DNA of 64,000 bases, from positions 63,736,001 through 63,800,000 of the forward strand of contig OZ287751.1 of assembly GCA_965649765.1 (NCBI GenBank). Reading direction: 5' to 3'. Below, one piece after another: positions 49,792 to 61,038 of the stretch (the first letter of the stretch is position 1; each line of letters opens with the position of its first letter). The DNA is from Bispira polyomma. Its lineage: Eukaryota. The notes under the pieces were generated by a model. That model did no database searches and was not told where the DNA came from. It worked only from the letters and a program-made list of their open reading frames with translations. A program made the position numbers and the translations under genes.

Positions 49792-50692
49792 GAGCCCTGC
49801 GAATATGGTCTATTCTATTTGTGTCATCCCAGGTAAGGGAGCCCCTCTCCATCTCACACAGGAGTACTGCGTGAGCAGCCTTAGCCCCCTGCCACGTAAA
49901 ATCCGTGGCGTCCTCCATTAAATCAGACATATATGCGATCATTTTATCTTTCTTACCTCTATCAGATTCCTCACTTATGTTTTTGCAAAAACCTTGTACC
50001 CATTGGGACATTGACAACTGATCATAGGACAATCGAGTTCTTGTTGCCCCCCCTAATATTGATTCTTGAGGCCACGCTACTTTTTGTTTTACCACAACTT
50101 CCACTGGACAACCCCTTTTTGACTTAATTTTATTTACATTCTCAGTACCTGAATTTCTGCTGTCCTTCTCCAGTTACCTTAATCTGGAGTCAACTCTACG
50201 TTGGAAAGATGCCGAGGCCCTTAATGTAGCCAAACTAGGGAGTACTTGTTCCTCGTCAGAGGATTCACTATCAGATGTACTATCACTGCTATTCTGGTTA
50301 TTACATTGAACATTAGTTTTTTGACGAATTTTGCTTAACCTCCGCCCACCACTTTTAAGCACGTCCTTCTGTCGGCTGTTGCTGGATTCCGCTACCTGCT
50401 CCTCTACTACATCAAGACGAGAGTTCACCCGCTGTAGTTCCCTCAATATCTGCAACTGGACGCTATCCTGGACACTATCCCGCACTGCACTGCGTCCCTC
50501 AGCTCTTGCACTATGACTTTGCTGCCCATTTTCGCTAACATTAGTGTCCAACACTGTATGGGCTTCCAACACCGCCGTGTCATTATTATTGAATTTTTCA
50601 GTCAATCTTACACCACGTGTGCCCTTTTTTCCAGTTGGTGGAATGTGTTTTTCCTCACACTTTCTACACAGCGCCTTTGATTGTTTAGGCAT
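49628..50692 (-). pseudogene. E2 gag-like ORF
   Basis: MPKQSKALCRKCEEKHIPPTG. In-frame TAA at 50174-50176. WPQE..SYDQLSMSQW..WQGAKA; C-terminal CKFYQTGAC..H..HIC zinc finger. Confidence 0.88.
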
Positions 50693-52212
50693 ATTTCCGA
50701 ATGTTTACTGTTTATGCTATTATTGTTCTTATATCAGTTTCTGAAAGTAAGAAAATATACACAGGCCCCCAGCTCTCCCTTCTCACAGCACCATGACTTG
50801 GTTTAACTCGACGAATTTGACTATAAAGCAAGAATGATAAGTTAGGTTAGACCATCCCTTAATTCCGACCTAAAAAGGTCAAACCAAGCATGAGGCTGTC
50901 AGAATGAGCGATCTGTAAACACTGAGAGAGAAACGTTGTCAAATCCACACAATGTCTGTTGTAGATAACTAAAAACACTAAAATAAGTCCTTGTAGTATA
51001 ACACGTAAAACATTAAATAAAACAGTTTGTAAAAAAAAACTTGAAGAAAGTATTTTAGTTTTCTGCCACACTTGTCTGTGGCCAAATTCAAACTGACTTA
51101 TTATTAGGTGAAAAACCCTGCTGTTTATGGCTACAGCCAATGAGATTGATTGTTTGACATTTACTTAGCAACATGGGGGTTTGTTTACTTGTTTAGCCAT
51201 TAAGCAATTTTTACCTGTGTATTAGCCTGATACCCTCACTGAGTTTAAGGTCGTGTAGGACTGACAAGGGCAATGCCTTAACACTGCCCCCGAAAAGTAA
51301 GTCAAATCGCTAATCAAAATGGTAACTACTTAAGCCCGAAGTTTCACTCGGAACTGGAATACACCTACAAAAGTGATAATATTCTTACATAAAGTGGCCT
51401 TTAACTCCCTCCGAACTGCCTTAAAAAAAGCTCTTCTTGTTCATATTATCACACAGTGTCTTAGGTCAAAGTATTAACCTAATGCTTTTTGACTATTTGA
51501 GTAGAATTTTCAATCTTGTGAGAAAAATGACCTTGTGGGCAATGTGAAGTGTAAAGTGATGTCATGTGACCCTTTGATGGATGGCCAGTGTCAACAGTCA
51601 AACCACTTAAAAAGAAAGCCCCAACTAATGTCATATCATGTGTCTTTATGTCACCTAAATAAAAGACTAGTTGGATCACATCGGAGTTGACTTAGCTTTT
51701 AAAGAGAAATATCAACAAAAAACATACTGGAATTCACCTAGCTTTTAAAGAAGAGTTTTAACAATAAACAACAAGATAAGTAAAAGTTTTTCATCACAAG
51801 TTTAAGTAATATAAACACGTTATATAGATATATTCTGTAACATTTTCCCAGTTTGTGTTGCAGCAGCAAACATTATGAAACAAAATCGAAGTTTTCTTTT
51901 TGTGTTAAGATTAGATTTTGTTAATTTGGTGGAAAGTTTGTGCACGTGTTAAATATTGTTCATCAGTTCATTTGTTTCATTAACTTAGAACTCTACTTAT
52001 TTTCTGTATTTTGCTGTCTACATATTCTGTAAATTGAGGAATTTTATTTTTAACTAGACATTGTTAAGAGTTTAAGTGACTTTGAGTTCTCCTAGAGAGA
52101 AGATTTTGCATGGCCTAAACGGACTAGATTGCATTACATTAGATAAATATGCCAAATTATTGAATGTAATGTAAAATTTGGATAATCTAGATACAAGTAC
52201 CACCATGTGGGT

Positions 52213-52456
52213 AATTATAAGGGCACACTCTCACGGCGCATACCTCCATCATGATGCCACAGTTCCAAAATGTAAAAAAAATCATTCTTGGATCTGCCGT
52301 CCATAGGGATATGCTTCATATTTTTATGGATTCTTTTGTTGGCTCATGCAGCATCTTTCCACCAAATTTCATTTAAATAGGCCCTCACTTTTTTGTGTTA
52401 TCATGGTCACAAACTAACCAACCAAAACATATGGACGAAAACATCACCTATCAAAG
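52213..52456 (-). mobile_element. Helentron/DINE-like non-autonomous element
   Basis: rc reads AGGTGATGTTTTC..GTTGGTTAGTTTG..GAAATTTGGTGGA..GGAGGTATGCGC..GTGCCCTT. A similar end lies at 12718-12750. Confidence 0.5.
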
Positions 52457-52639
52457 TTTATTGATTTATGACCGAATTAAGCTGTTGGAAGCAATATAAC
52501 AAACTCGACAATGCAAACAATGTAAAGTGCACAGCATCAATTAACCAACAGAGAAAGCCATACAGATTAGGTGTTGATAATGTTTCTAAGACTGATCCTG
52601 CATTTACACAGCTGAGCACAGTCTTTTGCTCTGTCATTG

Positions 52640-52990
52640 TATTCTGCAAAGTTTTTAGCTTTGCATTGTTGCTCCAGCATTGGACATCACATCAGTGCCA
52701 CATTGGCAGGTCACATTTTAGGTTTCCAGATATCCCCATTTCTTAACATTAACTTTTGAGTTGCTAATGCCAGATCTTAGTGTATTGAGACATTTCCATT
52801 CAGCCCAGTTTGAGTCAGCACCAGGTGGAAGTTCTTCTTTGGCACTTATGTACATGGTTGCTGTTCTTTGAAGATTGACAAGCCTCTCTTCCCATAAGGC
52901 AGCTCTGGTATTTCAAGCTCCACTGGGTTCAACTTTGTTGAGGAAGCTTTTTTCTAAACTTAAGCTGACTCTTTGCTGATTCATAGCCAA
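52640..52990 (-). mobile_element. Vingi/Ingi-like LINE ORF C-terminal fragment
   Basis: Minus strand translates KEELPPGADSNWAEWKCLNTLRSGISNSKVNVKKWGYLET*NVTCQCG, matching the PPG..W..LNR.R.G..KWG..CxCG pattern. Not in the ORF track. Confidence 0.7.
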
Positions 52991-53844
52991 ATATGGAATG
53001 TCGCTCAATGACAATAGTTGTGTGTATGGTAGGATTTGCTTTATTTAGGGCTGCAACGTGGACACTCCTACCTTGACAAAAATGCTCTTATGGTCGCAAA
53101 TGTGTCGCTAACATGCCATGAATGCACACTTATTGTGTCACAAATCCCCACTTATACAGACAAATGCCCACGAAAATGTACCCAAACTAGTTAATTATGG
53201 TCAATAATCCCCATGTTTGTCGACTTATGGAAATAAATCCCCAAATTTTGCCACATACTGCAACTTTTACGAGCACATAGTGTTTTAAACAAAAAGAGAG
53301 AACCTCCCCTTAAAACCTGTCATGGATGCCTAATCCGTGACACTATTTTTAAATGATTTAAAACATTTGTTGTAGCTATGCTAATCCTCACTTTTCAATT
53401 AAGACATTTCTGAGAACCATTCTGAGAGATTCCGACACATAGGGCCACTTTTCAACACAGTTTTATTCGTGACACATTCAGAGCGGCGATTCATGTAAAT
53501 TAGACCCTAGATGTAAGTTGCAAAAAAAACCTCTCCTTTTCAAAACAGATTAATCTTGTGAAATACATTAGTCTGGTCTGTGACTGTTAGTGACATAGAC
53601 AGGCTTGTTGTTGTTAAGATTTTATAAGCAGTACCATATTTCTAGTCTGTAAATCCCACCCAAGAGAAGACATATTATTGTAGCAGCACAGACAGAGGAG
53701 AGGCTATTATTTAATTACAGAGGGGAAATAGGTAGAGGTTATTTTATAGGTGACAAACCTATATAGAAATAGGTAGAGGTTATTTTATAGGTGAGAAACC
53801 TTTTTAAAGATGATTTCACTGTAATGGTGTCTCTCCAAACCACA

Positions 53845-54022
53845 AACAAGAGTTGTCTTTATAAAAAGACACAGGGGCACACAGTGTGAGAATAACCTCG
53901 CCCCTCAGTTTGGAAAGATTGATTGCTTCCAACCAATCTATGAAGGCCTTACATAATATTTTCAACGTGGCGGCAATATCAGGCAGCACCTGATAATATT
54001 AAGCGGCAAAACCTGATAAAAA
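53845..54022 (+). mobile_element. Helentron-like AACAAGAG-family repeat
   Basis: AACAAGAGTTGTCTTTATAAAAGACAC ... TATCAGGCAGCACCTGATA. Confidence 0.6.
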
Positions 54023-54109
54023 TTATATCTTTTTACTATCCATTTTTTAAACTCCATGTTTAAATCTTTTAACAAACCTCCCCGCCCCCCCCCCCCCCCA
54101 CCCCCCACT

Positions 54110-54380
54110 CCCTTACTTTGCTGCTTGCTTTTCCTTCAGCAACTTTAAGAGAGAAAAGAGACTTTCTGTTTCCTCTGCTAAATCTACCAAGAGGGCTGGA
54201 TCTAGAGCTTTCTTGGGTGCTGCTTCAATGTTATGAAATAATCACCCCGTTGAGCTTAGATCGCTTAAAACACTTTCTGTGTTTAGGAGAAAAATCTAAA
54301 CCTGTATCTTCATACTTTCTTACCGTCAACTCCTTCCCTGTACACCCCTACATCCTTCTTTACGACCCTGACTATGTGTT
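54110..54380 (+). mobile_element. L2 3' fragment
   Basis: Aligns with ~20910-21170. Confidence 0.75.
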
Positions 54381-55764
54381 TTTTCACCCAAAAAAATTAC
54401 CTTTCTAATTATAATCAAAGTTTACATAATTGCAAAATCCATTTGATGGTTGAAGATCGAATGGGCCGGTGAAATACACAGAAGTAAACCTTTAGTGGTA
54501 CATTAGTTTTGCATAAAAGATAAAAAACGTCTGGCTTCAGGGTCAGGGAGCGAAATAATATAGATAAACCTGGCCATATTTGTGGGAGCTTTTGTGGAAT
54601 TGTCTTTTCAAAACATAATTCCTATGAAATGTGTAACACAGAGAAATATATTTTATTGGCTTCACGGAGGCATAAATGGGTAATAGTCCAACAAAAAACC
54701 TTGTTGGTGACATGGAACCCTAGACTAAGTAAAATATAGACAGTCCACATTCTGGACAAAGATATACCAAGAAAAAGACTGCCAAAAGAGTGGCTTTATT
54801 ATAAATTGTATCACAGAGTGATGTTTACTGCTTAAAGAACCAAAGAGACTAATACCTATGTCTCATATAGAGGAACCAGCGATACAAAGACACTACAAGC
54901 GTTTTTGTGATCTATCAGTGAGTATGCGTTTTAACTTTGTTATAGATTCACATGCATTCCGGGCGTTTCGTTGATATCTTTTTGGGGATGTTCAAAATAT
55001 GTGTGTCAGACAGTTCGTTTATGAGTGGTTTTGTGGGGGAGAGGGGATGGGAGAGCGGTCAGATGGTCATTTATTGATGTAAAAATAGCCTATAGCATGG
55101 CTACTAAGTATTGCAAGCATTATGAACATAAATAAATTAATCTTGATCACTGACTGATTTTTCAATTTCATCTATTTTTATCCACTTTGCTGGTATGCAG
55201 TTAAAACCTCCACCCCAACATTATTGCAAATCTTCTGTGTCAGCAATCATCTGTTCCCATCTGTAAAACTGATCTGGACAAGTTTCAGATATGTGTATTT
55301 CCCCTAGATTAAACAGTAGATTGTAACAAGGTACAGCACCTTCTGCTACCTTCTGCTCATACTGTAGGCTTGATAACATACAGTCGATACAACTGTTGGT
55401 GTGATTAACCTCTTCACTCTAATTTTCCACAGCACATTTAAACAAAAAACTATAATCAAGATTTGCCTATTATATTCAATATGATGATATAGGCTCACAT
55501 TTTCCAAAGCAAAGCCAACTCAAATTGAAAATCAAGTCAATGGCTGAAGTGTTTGTGTAACTTCTCTGTATAGAGATAAACTATACTTGTGACCATTCAT
55601 TTTACAAGACCTTTCGGTACTAAATTTAAATGTGTAGTCAGATGTTATGTAACGTCACTCTAGCCAGAGATGTGTAGGTATTAATAAGCTACAGTCCATT
55701 CAAAACTACCTATGCAGGGTGATTTTTCACCTAGGCGGTAGCACAGACATCACTCCTTGCCTAA

Positions 55765-55990
55765 AAAAAAACTACACTGGCTTCCCATTCACTTAAAAAT
55801 TTTGTTCAAACTTCAAGTTACCACATTTAGGAATGCAGTCACTTAACAGCCCTCTTACCTCACTGCCCTTCTCTCTTTCAGTAACCTGAAGAGAGGCAAT
55901 AGATTATCTGTTTCTTCTATTAGACCCACCAGGGAAGGCAGGATCCAGAACTTTCTCCATTGCAGCCCCCTTGTTATGGAACAGTCTCCC
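55765..55990 (+). mobile_element. L2 ORF2 3' fragment
   Basis: KKLHWLPIH..RTFSIAAPLLWNSLP. Confidence 0.8.
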
Positions 55991-56073
55991 TTGTGTGTAA
56001 GTCGACCTTGTGTGTAAGTTGACCTTGTGTGTAAGTCGACCTTGTGTGTAAGTCGACCTTGTGTGTAAGTTGA
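55989..56073. repeat. 17-bp tandem repeat x5 (CCTTGTGTGTAAGTYGA)
   Basis: Directly visible. Confidence 0.95.
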
Positions 56074-56232
56074 GCTTGAGATTTTTGGAGAATACGACCA
56101 CAGGTCTCGTATTTTATAAAAGCAACTACAGTTCCAACTCAAAATCAACTGTGACATAAAAGGCTATGTGGAAGTCCATGTATATGGAAATAACTTATAT
56201 ACTTCTGCAGGTTGTATTTTAGAAAAGACTAA

Positions 56233-56481
56233 AGGGCCTTACAGACGCTCGACAACACAACACTACGATAAAATAGAAATAAGGAAATAGATAGTGATTA
56301 TTCAGACTGCTCCCAGCACAACACTACACTACACTGCACAGCACGACACTGCAATTGGAGAGGTACATGTACACTTTTTAATATGTATGTGTAGTGTGGT
56401 GTGAATATAAATGTTGTGTAGTGTTGTGTCGTCCCATGTAGTTTGGTGTAGTGTCGGGTAGTCGGCACTTTGTAAGGCCCA
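56233..56481. mobile_element. Harbinger/Tourist-type MITE (42643 family)
   Basis: GGGCCTTACA..TGTAAGGCCC TIR with TAA TSD; internal (CACTA)/(TAGTG) repeats. Confidence 0.85.
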
Positions 56482-56639
56482 TAACTGGATTCAAACATGC
56501 TGACTAACTTTACTCTTACCAGCGAACTGTGCACTAAGACTTGTGAGTTCAGCTTGTTTTTTTTTGTTTATTTTTAGAATATGGCCACTGATTGATTGAT
56601 AGAATGAATCTACACTGTTTTGATTTTAAAAGTTTCAAA

Positions 56640-56900
56640 GTTTGGTTAGGTTTTACGTTGCTTTCAACAGCTCAGCTCATATCACAATGGCCAGATTCAA
56701 TGACTGAAGAAACCAGTAGTGACGTAATGTAAACCACCGACCTATAATGTAAAGAATATACAAACAAAAGAAACGAGAAAAAATAATTAGTACAAACATA
56801 CTTTAACATAGAATTAATTTCTACGGTAAGTACCTGACAAACTTTCTCATATGAAGTAACAAACAGGTTTCGAGCCTACATTGGTTGGACTCTTTGACTC
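56640..56900 (-). mobile_element. SINE family B, degenerate
   Basis: CAACAGCTCAGCTCATAT, GACAAACTTT and AACAAACAGGTTTCGA match the rc of 12782-12990. Confidence 0.6.
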
Positions 56901-57590
56901 CTCTCACTCATGAAAAACTTGCTTCAGTGTTTTGGTCAGCCCTTGGCCATTCAAATAAGCATTTTTGGACTACATCTATTGTTAAATTATAAATAAAAAG
57001 TTTAAACATTGTTGTAAGTCGAAATATCACTTATAAAACAAACAAACAAAAAAACCCACAAATAACAAGAAATAAAATCTGGCTTTTAGTGAACGGGCCA
57101 TTATGACAGGAAGCAAAATTTCCCTTTTTTGTTTCCAATTTATTTCCAGAAAAAGAATAAAAATATTACGAGAATATGAATCCACAAAGAAAGAAAGCTA
57201 CACTGAAGAAGAAGAAAAATAAAAAATGTAGTTCATCCAGGCCTTTAAAGTGATAAATGTTTTACTTTAATAAACTGAGTATTCCGATAGAACATAATAA
57301 ATGTGCTCAACATTGAACATATACTATGTGATCATGTTACCAATAAAAAACATGTTCACTGTGCACATATATCAATTTACAAACTATCAATACATTAACA
57401 GGGGTGTTATTTCAAATATCCCCGTAAAACAAGGTGTTTATCAAATGTTATTATCTAACTATCATATTTCATAGGTAAAAGGATATACCGTGTTTTGAGA
57501 CACAAAATGAGATGGTTTTATTTTTGTATTGTACCACATGTTTGTTTAGTAAACAGACACCATAGTAGTAGTACACTACAATCCTATTAA

Positions 57591-58236
57591 GGGGCGAATA
57601 TACATGGCCAATTTTGCTGCCGTATTCGTCATCTGACGTCCGTTTCCAGCATCTGTCTGTTTCCGTCAATACACTACATTCAAAAAAATTGTCCGATTTT
57701 AGGGTCCTAAGTCAGACCTAATCAATCATTTAGTGACTAATTATTGAAAAGGAATATATTTACTATGCATTATTATATGTCGTTTTACTATTAAAAGATT
57801 TAATTTGCTCTATATCTGCTAACAGATCTTAAGATTTTTAAGGAATAAGTTAGATAGATTTAATGTTATTGTTTTAATGTATTGTGATGTTTCAATGGAT
57901 TTTTTATGTTTTAAATGTGGATGTCTTTGTATACTATCTCTTAAATAAAGATTCCAAATCAAGTATATATCATTATATAAAGACTAAATAAACAACCTTG
58001 GGGAAAGACATGTTCATAAAAACGTCACCAACCTCAGAAAATCAATGAAATTTACTTTAACTTCCCGTCCGTCATCCTAAAAAAAATATTTTCAAAATAC
58101 GACTCTCAACTCTAAAGTGACCTCGGCCAGGTGTATGCTACTTCTATATTTTGTTATATTTTAATTTTTTGCGGTTGACTGAAACAGACGTTGGATGGTG
58201 GATTTGGAAGCAAAATCGGCCAGGTATATTCGCCCC
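57591..58236. mobile_element. Kolobok-type MITE
   Basis: 27-bp TIR GGGGCGAATATACATGGCCAATTTTGC (25/27); flanks TTAA and TTTA. Confidence 0.85.
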
Positions 58237-58475
58237 TTTATATGAACACCTTATGGCAGTCACAGGTGGTACAGACAATTAAACAATAACACATGACACA
58301 CCATCATCACATGACACACCATGATCCCCTTTGTGTTGCCTTCATAGAATTTGCTTCAATTTTCCCTCCATCGAATGATCTGCTAAGTATAACATTATAC
58401 ATATTTCGAATTTATTTTTGATTAAGATTAAACATTCTAGAAAAATTCTATCATTATTATTTGTCCTGCACTGAT

Positions 58476-58650
58476 TAACCTCGGCCTACGGGAGAGGTTA
58501 TTGTTTTCAGTCTGTGTACTTGCGTGTGTCTGGCTGTGTGTGTCTGTACAAACCATTATTACACAAAATCTACCATATTAAATGCATTCAAATTTACAGA
58601 TATGTTTTAAAAATGGGGACCTCTACATTTGTGCCAAATTTAATACAAAT
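58476..58650 (+). mobile_element. Helentron/DINE-like element end
   Basis: Hairpin TAACCTC..GAGGTTA followed by a GTCTG/TG-rich tract. Right boundary uncertain. Confidence 0.5.
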
Positions 58651-58869
58651 CGGTTGTGAACTGTAGCTTTTAGACGAGATTTTCTTTTTTATATCCAAAT
58701 GTACCACTGAAGATCTCCTTACTTTCACACCAAATATAAAAAAATGAAGACAGCAATTCGGCAAACTGAAAATACACCGACTCCGAGATCGGGAGTATAA
58801 GTATAACGCCATATGACGTCATCAACACAACACAAAATGAGTAAATATTTCTAAAAAAATAAATATATA

Positions 58870-59070
58870 TATTCAACATAATACCCTTAACTTCAAATTT
58901 TTAAGTAAAGTACACATTACGTGCAATAAAATAGGCCGTTTTTAGCCGATGTACTCCATATATTGACATTGGGATGTTAACATATGGAGTATATCAGCCA
59001 GAAACGGCTAATTTTATTGCATGAAGGGGGGTACTTTAAAATAGGAACATAGGGTCATTATGTCGAATAA
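58870..59070. repeat. ~200-bp imperfect palindrome
   Basis: TGCAATAAAAT..GCCGTTT..TACTCCATAT | ATATGGAGTA..AAACGGC..ATTTTATTGCA; centre ~58971. Confidence 0.85.
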
Positions 59071-59537
59071 AAACCCCATTTTTTGTTACATTCCTCTCTT
59101 AAAAATTAAATAGAAAGGGTGTGTATATTAAACACAATAACCCTGACTCATATTTAAAAGTAAAGAATACCTTACTCCATATATTAACCCCAATCGCCAA
59201 TTTACGAGTCCGTGATTGATATACCAGGCGAGGTTTTGCAGTCTCTGACTGCTATCTTCTTGCTTATATACTATTTACCATAGACCATGACAACGTATAA
59301 AATAGGTACTTTAATATGAGGTGAACTAGGGATTTTCTTTTAAGTCAGAAGAGTGATATTGCGAGTTAAGAAAATCAAATATTTGTATACTAGAGGTTTG
59401 GGAAATAGATTTTGTATTGCATTGTCATTTTTATAGTCAAATACAAATTAAATTAATCATGATGGAAACCTAGGTATTGTGCATAGTTACGGAAGCCTAT
59501 AAGGGTCACATGAGTAAAGTTTGAAAAAAATCTATTC

Positions 59538-59785
59538 TATGTCGTAATTACGACTTACTATGGCGTAATTACAACTTACGCTATGTCGTGATTACGACTT
59601 ACCCTATGTCGTAATAACAACCTACTATGTCATAATTACGACATACTATGTCGTAATTACGACTTACACTATGTTGTAATAACGATTTACTATGTCTTAA
59701 TTATGACTTATGGTATATCGTTATAACGACTTACTATGTTGTAATTACGACTTATGCTATGTCGTAATTATGACTTACTATGTTA
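59538..59785 (+). repeat. Tandem array of 21-23 bp units with palindromic core GTCGTAATTACGAC
   Basis: About 11 units of CTATGTCGTAATTACGACTTA. Confidence 0.95.
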
Positions 59786-59978
59786 TATAAATGACAAGAC
59801 TAATATGTTTTGATCACTGGATTAAAGCTTACAGACAGTGGATAGTTAATTTTGCAAACACAGTTAATTGTTCTTTACCTATTATTTAACATCAGTTGAT
59901 TTTGTGAGAATTTGTAACCTTGTTCTAAGTTATGGCACAGCTACACATACACACAAGGGTGTACACCTGGGCATACCT

Positions 59979-60208
59979 GGGATCTCAGTGATGTAGGGGT
60001 AACACCCTTGCCTCCCACCTATAGGGTCGCAGGATCAAACTATGCTGTGACTTTTTGTGGGAAAGTTGGTGGTATACTTGCTGAAAGTCATACAGTTTTA
60101 CAGAGCTTGACCAACACACCGGCTGGTTTCCTCCACCACTAAGCCACCTGTCGTGATATGACTTATACAATGTATTAAACACAATGTAAAAAAACACAAA
60201 TCAAATCA
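59979..60208 (+). mobile_element. tRNA-derived SINE, family D
   Basis: tRNA-like head, GGTTTCCTCCACC body, (AAATC)n tail. TSD-like ACCT(G/T)GGCATAC at 59965 and 60209. Confidence 0.8.
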
Positions 60209-60744
60209 ACCTTGGCATACTGTTTAGTTTGTATGTTGGATACAATAAAAAAGTGATTTTTGGGGTGGATCAGTCTATGTACATATTTCGTAAGTAAACC
60301 AAAACTGAGTTTAAGAAAATTATTAGCTTAAAAGTTATACAATCCAAACAAAGAACATTGTGGGGAATGAAACTGTATCACCTGCCAATGAAAACCTGTT
60401 AATGAAGTGTTTTAATAAAACAACTATCAACAATAAATAAATCTGAAGGAATTGCTGGGAATTAAAAAGTAAATGACATTCTTTGCAACCAAATGGCTCT
60501 AAAACATATTATTTGTAAATAAATAATATTATACAGGATAATCTTCGCAAAAATGGTAAATAGTATTCTTATGTGTAGGAGTCTACCTATCTGGTGTGAC
60601 AGGGTTCACATTCCCCCAACCACCCCCCCAAAAAGTATCACTTAAAAATTCCTGGCAACCCCTATGTTCATACATACATACATAAATTTTTTACTAATAT
60701 CGCATGTTTATAATTTATAGTAAATATATTAGTAACTTGTAGTT

Positions 60745-61038
60745 TGTCGTTATTACGACATACCATAAGTCGTAATTACGACTTATGCTATGGAATGGTA
60801 AGTCGTTATTACAACATAGCGTAAGTTGTAATTACAACATAGCATAAGTCGTAATTATGACATAGTAAGTCGTAATTACGACATAGTAAGTCGTTATTAT
60901 GACATAGTGTAAGTCGTAATTACAACATAGCATAAGTTGTAATTCGACATAGTAAGTTATAATTCCCACATAATAAGTCGTTATTACGACATAGTAAGTT
61001 GTTTTTACGACATAGGATAAGTCGTTATTACGACTTAT
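60745..61038 (-). repeat. Inverted copy of the GTCGTAATTACGAC tandem array
   Basis: About 13 units of TAAGTCGTAATTACGACATAG. Confidence 0.95.

Larger units (their letters stand above)
45769..51294 (-). mobile_element. E2: Ngaro-like tyrosine-recombinase retrotransposon, full length, inactivated
   Basis: gag, RT/RNaseH, YR, no methyltransferase. Boundaries are defined by the empty paralogous site near 43280. Confidence 0.92.

Noticed and set aside
31122-51294. Hammerhead ribozyme in the YR-element UTRs
   Set aside because: No CUGANGA..GAAA core with supporting stems seen by eye; an Infernal/Rfam scan would be needed to exclude other ribozymes.
43282-51447. Repeats at 43.3 kb and 51.3 kb as terminal repeats of E2
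   Set aside because: Too diverged, and the 43.2-kb copy continues leftward into sequence matching the E2 left flank, so it is a host-repeat paralog.
59538-61038. CRISPR-like array
   Set aside because: Units are contiguous without unique spacers; eukaryotic context; no cas genes.
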